Notes under the pieces: model-generated
Told to the model about the DNA's origin: nothing
Seen by the model: the letters and a program-made list of their open reading frames with translations, nothing else
Databases searched by the model: none
Shown here: positions 1 to 8,912 of the stretch, one piece after another
Position numbering within the stretch: the first letter of the stretch is position 1
Layout: each line of letters opens with the position of its first letter
NCBI RefSeq assembly: GCF_022770135.1
Contig: NZ_JALEIL010000107.1
Span: forward strand, 1-45,436
Length of the DNA: 45,436 nt
From: Anaerococcus sp.
Lineage (GTDB): Bacteria; Bacillota; Clostridia; Tissierellales; Peptoniphilaceae
Reading direction: 5' to 3'
Position numbers and translations under genes: made by a program

Positions 1-1016
1 TTGTGGAGATAGTAGGTAAAGGCATTGTCTGTCTTTTTGACTTCCATTCCCCTAATAACTGCAACCAAAAGTCCTAAGAGGAAACCTAGGATTGTAGAAA
101 CTATGGCTATGATTAGAGTATTTACCACACCCTTTAGGAAAAGAGTAGAGTAGGTTGCCCAAATCGATTTAACTTCATCGACAAAGCCTGCACTTTCTTC
201 CTCATCTGCAGTAAGCTTGGTCATTACTCCCATAATCTCCGCTTGTTCCTTTTCTATATCCATAGATGAAAGAACCTTGTTCACTTCTTCTGTTAGAGGA
301 GAGTTTTTAGCAATCCCCACTCCTACTGTCGTATCCTCATCATTAGTCTCAAAGCCATTTGCTTCGTCGAATGTTACATAAGTAAGCTTTGGGTTGGCGG
401 CTACAGCAGATTCAGCACCTGCTTCTTCTGAGATATAGCCGTCAATTGTTCCAGCATTTGCTGCAGCAATCATAGTAGGGAAGGAGTCCATGGACTCTTG
501 CTTATTAACGCCTGCCATCTGATCGATCATAGCTACGTGGAAGGTCCCTAGTTGGGCGGTAATCTTTGCTCCTTCAAAGTCATTAATGGACTTAGCATCC
601 TTGTACTTTGAATCCTTTTGGGTAACTACAACCATCTTGGCGTGGTAGTAAGGAACAGAGAAGTCGATTTGCTCGAGCCTTTCAGCAGTTGGGCTCATAC
701 CAGCAACTATTGCATCGATCTTGCCACTGGTTAGGGCAGGTATTAGCCCGTCCCATTCTATCTTGTAGATTTCAAGTTTCTTGCCTAGACCATCGGCGAT
801 CTTCTTGGCAAATTGGACGTCATAACCGTTGGCATATTCGCCCGGGGAGTTGGCTACAGGATAGCCTCCATTTTCATCACTTACTTCAGAGAAGTTAAAG
901 GGAGCGTAGTTTACTTCCATGCCTACTCTGAATGTGTCTTCTTCGCTTGCATTAACCTGGCCTAGGGGCGTAATGATTAGGATAAGTGCAAGGATAATCT
1001 TTACTAGCTTTTTCAT
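1..1016 (-). CDS. Polar amino-acid ABC transporter, substrate-binding + permease fusion (runs off window); probably lysine-specific
   Basis: Manual translation (not in ORF track): MKKLVKIILALILIITPLGQVNASEEDTFRVGMEVNYAPFNF...GYDVQFAKKIADGLGKKLEIYKIEWDGLIPALTSGKIDAIVAGMSPTAER (SBP family 3), then a TM segment LFLKGVVNTLIIAIVSTILGFLLG typical of HisM/GlnP permeases. RBS AAAGGA upstream. Confidence 0.9.
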   Translation of the reverse strand, partial: MKKLVKIILALILIITPLGQVNASEEDTFRVGMEVNYAPFNFSEVSDENGGYPVANSPGEYANGYDVQFAKKIADGLGKKLEIYKIEWDGLIPALTSGKIDAIVAGMSPTAERLEQIDFSVPYYHAKMVVVTQKDSKYKDAKSINDFEGAKITAQLGTFHVAMIDQMAGVNKQESMDSFPTMIAAANAGTIDGYISEEAGAESAVAANPKLTYVTFDEANGFETNDEDTTVGVGIAKNSPLTEEVNKVLSSMDIEKEQAEIMGVMTKLTADEEESAGFVDEVKSIWATYSTLFLKGVVNTLIIAIVSTILGFLLGLLVAVIRGMEVKKTDNAFTYYLH

Positions 1017-1045
1017 AATAATTCCTTTCTTAATAAATTTGATTG

Positions 1046-1308
1046 TAAAATAAAAGTCCTTACTGCTCCAAATGGAAGCAATAAGGACGAAAATTCGCGT
1101 TACCACCTTAATTTTAGCTCATCTCACGATAAGCTACTCAATAAGTACAATCATACTCTCTTGCTATAACGGGCAAGTCCCGCTGTCAGATCAAATATCC
1201 CCAACAAAACTCAAAGGCTTTTTTCACCAAAACTTAAAATCTCCATTCACACCAGCTAGGATTCTCTTTATTCTAAAATCTTTGGCTACTCCTCTTATCA
1301 CTGTTGTT
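1046..1308 (-). promoter_or_regulatory. T-box riboswitch, specifier AAA (Lys)
   Basis: Minus strand: AGTA loop-E, AGAGA bulge, GGTGTGA distal loop, GAA-A-AAA-G specifier (AAA at 1219-1221), AGCGGG/CCCGTTA stem IIA/B, T-box AAGGTGGTAACGCG (1096-1109), terminator GTCCTTATTGCTTCCA-TT-TGGAGCAGTAAGGAC-TTTT. Confidence 0.9.
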
Positions 1309-1314
1309 GCTTAT

Positions 1315-1343
1315 ATATTACACTCAAAAAAATATAATGTCAA
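1315..1343 (-). promoter_or_regulatory. SigA-type promoter for the T-box leader
   Basis: TTGACA (1343-1338), 17 bp, TAATAT (1320-1315). Confidence 0.75.
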
Positions 1344-1378
1344 ATTTATTTTTGGGGTAAAGTGTTATAGAGGTTAAT

Positions 1379-1879
1379 ATGAATATCAAAGACAGACAAT
1401 TAGAAATTATAAGAATCTTACAAGATAGGACCAGCCCCATATCTGGAGGAAGCTTAGCAGAGAAATTCGGCCTAAGTCGTCAGGTTATAGTCAAGGATAT
1501 CTCTATCCTTAAGGCGAGTGGATATCAGATAAAATCAAACAACAAGGGCTACTGGCTAAGTCAGTCTTCGAAGATACAATTCATCATAAAATGCTCCCAC
1601 AGGGACGAGGAAATAGGAGATGAGCTAAATATTATAGTAGATAGGGGAGGAGAGATCCTAGATGTTTTCATCAACCACAAGACCTATGGACTTATCAAGA
1701 AAGAATTAAATATCAAATCAAGGAAGGGCGTAGATGTCTTTATCAAATCAATAGACGAATCAACTCCTCTAAAAAATCTAACAGAAAATATCCACTATCA
1801 CACCATAAGGGTGGATAATGACTTCGCCAAAGAAAGTATAGAGGCTAAGCTTAGGGAAAAAGGGATACTAATAGACTAG
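1379..1879 (+). CDS. niaR: NiaR/YrxA-family niacin-responsive repressor (HTH + 3H domain)
   Basis: N-terminal HTH with SRQVIVKDISILKA; 3H-domain His motifs (CSH, DVFINHKTYG, HYHTI). Confidence 0.85.
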   Translation: MNIKDRQLEIIRILQDRTSPISGGSLAEKFGLSRQVIVKDISILKASGYQIKSNNKGYWLSQSSKIQFIIKCSHRDEEIGDELNIIVDRGGEILDVFINHKTYGLIKKELNIKSRKGVDVFIKSIDESTPLKNLTENIHYHTIRVDNDFAKESIEAKLREKGILID

Positions 1880-1988
1880 GACCTATAAGAAAATCTTATT
1901 AGTAAAAAGCCTAAGCCCTATTTATCTTCTTTAAATACCTATGTAAAATAACTATTATTTAAAAATATATTAAATTGAATTTAATTTA

Positions 1989-2644
1989 GATAGTGTTCGT
2001 ATAATTGTGTAAAAAGAAAAAGGAAATAGAGAAATCATAGGCTTAGATTTAAGTGCTAGTGAAAGTGAGTACTCATGGTCAAATTTCTTTGAATATCTAA
2101 AAGCTAGAGGACCATCTGGACTTAAAATGATAATATCAAATTCCCACAAAGGTCTAGTAAAAGCAATAAAAGAAACATTCGTAAATGTAATATGGCAAAT
2201 ATGCCAGGTTCATTTCTTAAGAAATATCCTATCAAAAACACCAAAGAAAAACACCGAAGAATTTAGAAAAGACATCAAAGCACTATTTAAAATCTAAGAC
2301 ATAAACATAGCAAGAAAAATGAAAGATGAGATATTCTTAAAATTCGAAAGCGAAAAGAAATTTCAAAACTTGTTAAATACCTTAAATTAAGGATTTGAAG
2401 ATACTTTTGTCTATTTAGATAATGATGTAATTCAGGGCAGATTAAGATCAACTAATTGCTCAGAAAGACTAAATGAGGAAGTTAGAAGGTGTGAAGAAGT
2501 AATCAGGATATTTCCCAATGAAGATTCAGCTATAAGATTAATATCTAGCCCGTCGGTTTTTGGATAACATCTTCTAAATTATATATTAGAATGAAATTTG
2601 TGAATATTGTGCTAGTAAATTTACACAATATTATGGATTTGAGT
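1989..2644 (+). mobile_element. Degenerate, internally deleted IS256-family element
   Basis: Left IR GATAGTGTTCGTATAATTGTGTAAAA and right IR ATTTACACAATATTATGGATTTGAGT resemble IS256 ends. Residual frame GNREIIGL...LKARG...WQICQVHFLRN...RSTNCSERLNEEVRR...IRIFPNEDSAIRLI has two in-frame stops, and the catalytic ISD appears as ISN. Confidence 0.88.
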
Positions 2645-2721
2645 GTTTAGGTGGAGTAATTATTGAAAAAACAATATTTACATATATAGTTTTAATAATT
2701 AAGTGAGGAATTTAATACGAT

Positions 2722-4914
2722 ATGGATAATAATTTAGATATAGAATATAAACTCATACCTTATGATGAGAAGGACAAAATAGAAGAGTTTGACCTTGATG
2801 AGATTATTTTTGACTTAGATAGTGAACTTGATTTATTAGGGAGTAAGGCTGATAAGTTAGATTATTTAATAGCTATATCAAGCGGTATTGTTTGTGGGAT
2901 GCTTGATATCCTTTGGGTTAAAGATTTTGATCTGGCTAGAGGACGTGATATTGCTAGTGATAAGGTAGATGATTTTGTAAAAAAGACTGCAGAGGTAGTG
3001 GAAGGAAAAAAGTTTGAAAATCTGAGTGATGCAGTTAGGGCTTTAGAGAAAAAATTTCCTATACCATCTGACGGTGCCATTGCAGATTTTGGCGGAGCTC
3101 TTCAGCACCATTTGAGGGATTTTGCCCACCATCCAACCCTTGTAGGTCTGGCTTTTTCTATGTTGACTCAGTTTACAGGGAAATCCTATGGAACTAATAC
3201 ACAAGGTAAGTTCATTATTGTTGATGTTGCTGAAAATAGTAAGGCTTTTATTGGAGAAAACCTTGGGGACAAATTAATAAAAGGGACAATTATCTGGTTT
3301 TTTCACCTTGTAAGTGATATGGCTGGATCAAGTATGACTGCAGGATTAAGTGGTGGCACAGGTATTCCTGGACCAATCCTTAGCTTGGCAAAAGAGATTT
3401 CCGTCCTACCATTTTTTAATAAAATAAATATACAAGATGACATGTCTCTTTCAGTTTTTTTATCAAAACTATTTAATGGTACACTCTTGATGAAAAGAGA
3501 TGAAAAGGGACAAATAATCAAGGATTCTGTATATAAGTTTGACTTGCGTGGTGAGTTTGGTATTGCCTTAGAACTTGGAAAACAAGCCATTCCTGTCCTT
3601 GCTAATGAATGTATAGTTAGAGGATTTTATTTTATAAGACACTTAGCCCTTGCTATGAAAGAAGTCAAAGTTTCGTCATTTAAAGATATGAGAAAAATTG
3701 ATTGGGACCTAGTAAAACCTGTAGATAATCCGACAATTTCTCGAATGTTGGCAATTTCTACAGGAGTTTTTACTAGCCTCGACCTAGGAGAAGCAATTTT
3801 AACTCAGAAATACTGGCTATCAATTAATTATGTTGGGGTAGGTAGGTTTGCTCTAGCTATTTCAACTGATTTGAGCTATGGCTTAAAAAAGAGGAATCTT
3901 AAGAAAATAAGGACTGCCTATGAAAGAATCCAAAGGCAAATTCCTATAAACCCTAGCAACCAAGAAATGGGAATAAAGCTAAGTGGTGATATGAATAAGC
4001 TTTGTTTAAGCCTTGAACAAGCTGAAATTTTATTTAATATTGAATATTTAATAGTCTTAAATGATATAGAAAATACCGATAATTTTATGGCCAGGGGTAA
4101 GGCTTTTGATTTGAAAATTAAATGGCTAGCTGAGTGGAAACAAATTATAACAAAAAAATTCGAAACTTTTACTCAAGTACCTGGAGCAGTGATGAATTGG
4201 TATTCTCAGGACGAATTAGAAGAAAAAATCATCAAACAAAATCCTACTAAAGCTTGGTTTAGGTTAGTTCTATTAGAATCAATGCTTTTTGAACCATATT
4301 ATCCCTTAAAAGCTGTAAAGAATAAAAAAGATAAGTACGCCTTGTCAAAACGCTACAATTCATTGAATAAGCCTATAAATAGATTTAATAAAGAAAAAGC
4401 AAGTCTGTTTTTAAATGAACAATTTACGGGGATGTATTGCGAAGAGGGTTATGTAGACCGACTTAGAAAATCATATAATAAACAAATAAGAAATCTTAAC
4501 CTGTTTTTTAAGCTAGATATTAATAACTTACCTGTAACATATGGTATTGTGGCAATAAGATTTCTAGGTTTTGGATTTACTGGAGCTATCGCTGCAGTGG
4601 TAGTTCAGGGGAAGAAAAGTGCTATTATCGAAGCAGCAAAATTACTAACTTCTCTTAGAGAAATATTCTTAGTTGATGATAAGGCTTTTGAATTTTCTAT
4701 TAAAGTATTAGAAAAATATACTGAAAGTATTACAGAGATTGAAAAGAATCTAGTAGATTTAAGATTAAAAAGGGAGAGTTTGGAAAGTAAAGAGAAAAGC
4801 GACAATGAAAAACATATAAAAAATCTCGAAGAAAATGTAGAGGTAATGAAAATAGCAAGAAAAATTATGATAAAAATGAACAATGATTTTAAATACTTGG
4901 ATAGTAAAAATTAA
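2722..4914 (+). CDS. Large hypothetical protein (730 aa), membrane-associated, His-rich motifs, C-terminal coiled coil
   Basis: Long intact ORF in AT-rich DNA. Hydrophobic helices, motifs HHLRDFAHHP and WFFHLVSD, Gly-rich GLSGGTGIPGP, charged helical C-terminus. Confidence 0.85.
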   Translation: MDNNLDIEYKLIPYDEKDKIEEFDLDEIIFDLDSELDLLGSKADKLDYLIAISSGIVCGMLDILWVKDFDLARGRDIASDKVDDFVKKTAEVVEGKKFENLSDAVRALEKKFPIPSDGAIADFGGALQHHLRDFAHHPTLVGLAFSMLTQFTGKSYGTNTQGKFIIVDVAENSKAFIGENLGDKLIKGTIIWFFHLVSDMAGSSMTAGLSGGTGIPGPILSLAKEISVLPFFNKINIQDDMSLSVFLSKLFNGTLLMKRDEKGQIIKDSVYKFDLRGEFGIALELGKQAIPVLANECIVRGFYFIRHLALAMKEVKVSSFKDMRKIDWDLVKPVDNPTISRMLAISTGVFTSLDLGEAILTQKYWLSINYVGVGRFALAISTDLSYGLKKRNLKKIRTAYERIQRQIPINPSNQEMGIKLSGDMNKLCLSLEQAEILFNIEYLIVLNDIENTDNFMARGKAFDLKIKWLAEWKQIITKKFETFTQVPGAVMNWYSQDELEEKIIKQNPTKAWFRLVLLESMLFEPYYPLKAVKNKKDKYALSKRYNSLNKPINRFNKEKASLFLNEQFTGMYCEEGYVDRLRKSYNKQIRNLNLFFKLDINNLPVTYGIVAIRFLGFGFTGAIAAVVVQGKKSAIIEAAKLLTSLREIFLVDDKAFEFSIKVLEKYTESITEIEKNLVDLRLKRESLESKEKSDNEKHIKNLEENVEVMKIARKIMIKMNNDFKYLDSKN

Positions 4915-5055
4915 GCTATACACTTTTAAGTGAACTAAAAAGCCATTTATGATACACTTAAATTACACGAAAAAACTTTAAGGAGTATCAGAATGGCTTA
5001 CAGTGATCTTACCATAAAAGAGTTAATTTAGATAGAGCAATACTTTACCTTGGTA
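4915..5055 (+). mobile_element. IS30-family left-end relic
   Basis: RBS AGGAG + ATG 4993 gives MAYSDLTIKELI*IEQYF, like the IS30 transposase start (MxYxHLTxxELxxIE). Inverted repeat 4940-4955/4985-4999 covers the start codon. Confidence 0.65.
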
Positions 5056-5173
5056 CTTGAATTAATATAGGATAAACAAAAACAATATGATTTAGCTTAT
5101 TATACTTAACTTATATGCTAATAATTACAAATTAGTAAGAGTCTAAAAATAATACAAAACTCTAAAATATTTG

Positions 5174-5191
5174 CCACTGTATATACAATGG
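5174..5191. promoter_or_regulatory. Putative NiaR operator overlapping the -35 region
   Basis: Palindrome CCACTGTATATACAATGG (16/18) with core TGTATATACA. Extended -10 TGtTACAAT at 5202-5210. Confidence 0.65.
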
Positions 5192-5238
5192 AATAAATTT
5201 GTGTTACAATATTATTTGAAAATATTTTGGAGGATTTT

Positions 5239-6240
5239 ATGGAATTTTTAAGAAAAAAGGGGATAAATTTATCCTGGAGAACTTATTTTATTGATGCTTT
5301 GGGAGCTATGGCCTTTGGTTTGTTTGCTTCCCTCTTAGTTGGAACTATCCTAAATAGCCTAGGACAAAGCTTACATATTAGATACCTATCAGAAAGGCTA
5401 TGGCCTTTGGCAAACTCTGCCAGTGGAGCAGCCATTGCAGTTGCTATTGCCGCAAGTCTTAATGCGCCCAAGCTTGTCCTTTTTGCTTCTACTATTGTAG
5501 GACTCGGGGCCTATGAGCTGGGAGGTCCTGTGGGAGTTTTCATTGCGACGATTTTTGGAGTTGAATTTGGTAAGCTTGTCTCAAAATCTACCAAGCTTGA
5601 TATAATCATCACTCCCAGCATTACGATTATTGTGGGACTCTTGGTGGGTGATTTTATAGGGCCTTATGTAGCTAGCTTTATGAAGGCTATCGGCTTATTT
5701 ATCATGAAGGCGACCGAGCTTAGACCATTTTTTATGGGAATTGTTGTAGCGGTTACTATCGGTATGGCCCTTACTCTACCGATTTCATCTGCGGCGATTT
5801 GTATGATGCTTAGTCTAGAAGGCCTTGCAGGAGGAGCGGCTACAGTCGGTTGTTGTGCTCAAATGATAGGATTTGCTGTAATTTCCTACAAGGATAATGG
5901 CTTGGAAGGACTTCTCGCCCAAGGGCTTGGGACCAGTATGTTCCAAGTGCCAAATATAATCAAGAACCCTTGGATTTGGCTTCCACCAACCCTTGCAAGC
6001 GCCATAATTGCTCCAATCGGAACTTTAGTTTTTAAGATGAAAAACACTCCCCTAGGCTCAGGAATGGGTACAAGTGGTCTGGTAGGACAAATCGGAACGA
6101 TTAATGCCATGGGAATTAGTGCGATATTTAAGGTGATTCTCCTTCACATAATCCTTCCAGCCATCCTTTCTTATACAATTTATAGGCTAATGAAGAATAA
6201 GGGGCTGATCAAGGACGGAGATATGAAGATTGATTTTTAA
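5239..6240 (+). CDS. PTS-EIIC-like / PfoR-family membrane protein, predicted niacin-regulated transporter (NiaY-type)
   Basis: Motifs IDALGAMAFGLFASLLVGTI, LTLPISSAAI, GLGTSMFQVPNI, GSGMGTSGLVG. GGAGG RBS before ATG 5239. NiaR box upstream. Confidence 0.8.
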   Translation: MEFLRKKGINLSWRTYFIDALGAMAFGLFASLLVGTILNSLGQSLHIRYLSERLWPLANSASGAAIAVAIAASLNAPKLVLFASTIVGLGAYELGGPVGVFIATIFGVEFGKLVSKSTKLDIIITPSITIIVGLLVGDFIGPYVASFMKAIGLFIMKATELRPFFMGIVVAVTIGMALTLPISSAAICMMLSLEGLAGGAATVGCCAQMIGFAVISYKDNGLEGLLAQGLGTSMFQVPNIIKNPWIWLPPTLASAIIAPIGTLVFKMKNTPLGSGMGTSGLVGQIGTINAMGISAIFKVILLHIILPAILSYTIYRLMKNKGLIKDGDMKIDF

Positions 6241-6380
6241 TTAATATTTTCCTTATGAACTTTAGTTCAAGTATGGCTTTGATTAATAATAGTGAATTTA
6301 TTTAACTTAACATATGATAATTTAAAAGTATAATAATCCTACATCTGAGGAAATATCAGATGCTAAGAAAAGGAGATTAT

Positions 6381-7169
6381 ATGCAAAAGAAAAATATAAA
6401 TTTAGATAAATTCAAAATCAAGCTTCACGAGGGCTCTTCTGTAAAGAAGGTCATAGCTGTAATGAGTGGTAAGGGAGGAGTTGGCAAGTCTTCAGTTTCA
6501 TCCCTTCTTGCCTCAAGCCTTAACAAGAAAGGCTACAAAGTAGCAGTATTTGATGCTGATATTACAGGTCCTTCTATGGCAGAAGCCTTTGGTATAGATG
6601 AGCCAGTTAGGGGAACCAAGGAAGGACTAATGTATCCAGCTATCACTCGTGATGGTATCAAGCTAATTTCAGTAAATATGATTTTACGCGAGAAGACTGA
6701 CCCAGTTGTTTGGAGATCATCAATCGTAACCAACGTCCTAAAACAATTCTATACAGATGTGGATTGGGGCGAGATTGATTACATGATAGTGGATATGCCT
6801 CCAGGAACTGCTGACGTACCACTCACAGTCTTCCAATCCCTACCAATAGACGGAGTAGTTGCAGTAGCGACTCCACAAGGCTTGGTAGAGATGGTAGTAG
6901 AAAAATCTATCAAGATGGCCAAGATGATGGGCAAGAAAGTCATAGGTATGGTTGAAAATATGTCCTACTTCGAATGTCCTGATTGTGGAAGTAAGCACGA
7001 GATATTTGGAAAGAGTAGGCTAGGAGAAGTGGCAGAAAAATACGACATAGACACCCTTGCCAAGCTTCCAATTGACCCACAAATAGCAGAGAAAATCGAC
7101 TCAGGTCTTGCTGAAGATATAGATATGAAAGAGTTAAGTCCAATTATAGAAAAGATTGAAAATCTATAG
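6381..7169 (+). CDS. Mrp/NBP35 (ApbC) Fe-S carrier ATPase
   Basis: SGKGGVGKS deviant Walker A, DADITGPS, DMPPGT, ENMSYFECPDC. RBS AGGAG before ATG 6381. Confidence 0.92.
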   Translation: MQKKNINLDKFKIKLHEGSSVKKVIAVMSGKGGVGKSSVSSLLASSLNKKGYKVAVFDADITGPSMAEAFGIDEPVRGTKEGLMYPAITRDGIKLISVNMILREKTDPVVWRSSIVTNVLKQFYTDVDWGEIDYMIVDMPPGTADVPLTVFQSLPIDGVVAVATPQGLVEMVVEKSIKMAKMMGKKVIGMVENMSYFECPDCGSKHEIFGKSRLGEVAEKYDIDTLAKLPIDPQIAEKIDSGLAEDIDMKELSPIIEKIENL

Positions 7170-7177
7170 GTAATAAT

Positions 7178-8155
7178 ATGTTTAAGAAAATTCTAGCAGG
7201 GATGATGTCCCTTATAATCCTTCTCCCACATCTTGCTATGGCAAGTGACTTTGATCCCAACAAGGATGATGTAATCTACGGAGTAGCCCTTACAGAAGAT
7301 GAGAAGGCTACAGTAAATAAGTCTATGGGAGTTAAGGAAGATTCTAATATTTCCTATGTCGATGGAAGTGATCTTGAAAAATATCTAGGATATTCAACAG
7401 CAGATTCTAATATGATATCTTCAGTCCTAGTCAAAAGATCTACCAAGGATAAGGGAATCTCTGTTAAGATTAAGACACCAGCTAACATTACAGAGATCAC
7501 AGAAGGTCAATATACTAATGCTGCCATAACAGCAGGCATAAGCGATGCAGACATTGTAGTAGCAAGCCCAAGACCTGTTACTGGCGAGTCAGCCTTAGTT
7601 GGAGTCTATAAGTCTGAAGAAATGCGAGGAGTCGACCTTGATACTCAAAGGACTCAAACTGCCCAAGAAGAACTTGAGACAGTAAGCGAAGTTGCTAAAG
7701 AAAACCAAGGAAAAGAAAACTTCGATACAGACAAGCTCGATACTGTTGTGATTGAAGTAAAACAAAAACTTAGCGACTACAAGAAAGAAAATGGGGAAAA
7801 TGCATCCGCAGATCAGATAGCAATTTACATCAAGGATGCCCTAAATAATGTAAATATGGACAATGTATTGTCAAATAATAATATCCAAATCCTAGTAAAT
7901 TATTTTGAAAACTACCAAACAACTTCCGCCATAGATAGTGCCGAAGTTAGGGAGAATCTCACAAAACTTGCAGGAGATATTACAAGTAAGGCCGGCAAGT
8001 TCTACGAAGACAATAAGGATAATATAGACAAGGTAGCCACAGACGTAAAAGACAGCGGCCTATGGGATTCCATAGTAGAATTCTTTAGATCGGTATTTGA
8101 ATCTATAACAAATGCCTTTAATGGCTCAAATGAAGATGGATCTAGTGAAAATTAA
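7178..8155 (+). CDS. DUF1002 (YpuA-like) secreted protein
   Basis: Signal peptide; Y-x-NAAITAG and VTGESALVGVYK motifs; C-terminal GLWDSIVEFFRS amphipathic helix. Confidence 0.8.
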   Translation: MFKKILAGMMSLIILLPHLAMASDFDPNKDDVIYGVALTEDEKATVNKSMGVKEDSNISYVDGSDLEKYLGYSTADSNMISSVLVKRSTKDKGISVKIKTPANITEITEGQYTNAAITAGISDADIVVASPRPVTGESALVGVYKSEEMRGVDLDTQRTQTAQEELETVSEVAKENQGKENFDTDKLDTVVIEVKQKLSDYKKENGENASADQIAIYIKDALNNVNMDNVLSNNNIQILVNYFENYQTTSAIDSAEVRENLTKLAGDITSKAGKFYEDNKDNIDKVATDVKDSGLWDSIVEFFRSVFESITNAFNGSNEDGSSEN

Positions 8156-8164
8156 ATAAAACTT

Positions 8165-8190
8165 AGGGAGCGGTCACAGATCGCTCCTTT
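8165..8190 (+). terminator. Intrinsic terminator
   Basis: AGGGAGCGGTC-ACA-GATCGCTCCTT-T. Confidence 0.7.
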
Positions 8191-8263
8191 CGAATCTAGG
8201 AGTATTAGAATTTAACTTGCTCGAATTTAAAATTGTTAATAAATATGTTTTTAAGGAGAATTT

Positions 8264-8551
8264 ATGAAAGTTAAAAAAATAAGCATAAAATGGATATACT
8301 TTTATAATTTAATTGAATTTTTAGCCTTCGCTCTAGCAATTAAGTTTATGAGTTCAAGTCTTAAAATTCGGTATATATTCTTAGTTTTACTTGTACAAAG
8401 TACTTTTGAAACTATATTCTATTACAAAACAAATGATAAATCCTTTGAACCAATCTCCTATGATAAGGCTATACCAATATTTTTATTAGCTACTGCTTCA
8501 ACAATAGTTTTAGTAGGAAGTATTTTGTTTATATTATATATTTTAGGATAG
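8264..8551 (+). CDS. Small hypothetical membrane protein (about 3 TM)
   Basis: AAGGAG RBS; hydrophobic 95-aa ORF; very AT-rich. Confidence 0.7.
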   Translation: MKVKKISIKWIYFYNLIEFLAFALAIKFMSSSLKIRYIFLVLLVQSTFETIFYYKTNDKSFEPISYDKAIPIFLLATASTIVLVGSILFILYILG

Positions 8552-8574
8552 AAAATTATTTTTAACTTAATATA

Positions 8575-8611
8575 AGTACCCTCTAGCTTGTGATTTCTAG
8601 AGGGTATTTTT
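8575..8611 (+). terminator. Intrinsic terminator
   Basis: AGTACCCTCTAG...CTAGAGGGTATT followed by Ts. Confidence 0.7.
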
Positions 8612-8707
8612 GATATTTGTCAAATCGTTTAGTTTTATAAATATCCCCGTTCTAAAATTAAAAAAATTCCTGTATAAAAAGCTACCCTCTTTAAATCCTT
8701 AATAAAT

Positions 8708-8912
8708 ATGAATAATCATCGTACCATCGTTAGAGACAAGCCCGTCGGCTCATTGAGACTCTCTTAGGAAATTTACCTCTCATAGCCGGTAGGTCAAGGA
8801 ATGCCTGCCGGCTGATTGAGGCTGCCTGCCGGCTGATGGAGGCTATTAGCACTTCGGCTTATCGAGACTTTCCTTTTAGCTTCTTTTAACTATAATAGTA
8901 CGATTTATTCAT
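8708..8912. repeat. REP/BIME- or MITE-like cluster of 21-bp GC-rich units
   Basis: Direct units at 8740-8760, 8803-8823, 8824-8844 and 8849-8869; one inverted unit at 8775-8794; imperfect terminal IRs ATGAATAA(TC)ATCGTAC. Confidence 0.65.

Noticed and set aside
1072-1377. 101-aa plus-strand ORF
   Set aside because: It is antisense to the Lys T-box and its promoter, with no RBS and no recognisable protein features.
1912-1988. Similarity between the sequences upstream of the two IS256 relics (TAAGCCCT...TATGTAAA..TAAC.ATTATT, also near 32515-32550)
   Set aside because: The match is short, gapped and very AT-rich, so it cannot be told from chance by eye.
1981-2652. Target-site duplication around IS256 relic 1
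   Set aside because: The 8-bp flanks TTAATTTA and GTTTAGGT do not match.
2639-2670. IS256-derived hybrid promoter driving the 730-aa gene
   Set aside because: The outward TTGAGT has no -10 at 16-18 bp. A native TTGAAA-16-TATAGT (2663-2690) is more plausible.
8740-8869. Possible mini-CRISPR array
   Set aside because: Units are 21 bp and degenerate, spacing is irregular (42, 0 and 4 bp), one copy is inverted, and no cas genes are present.
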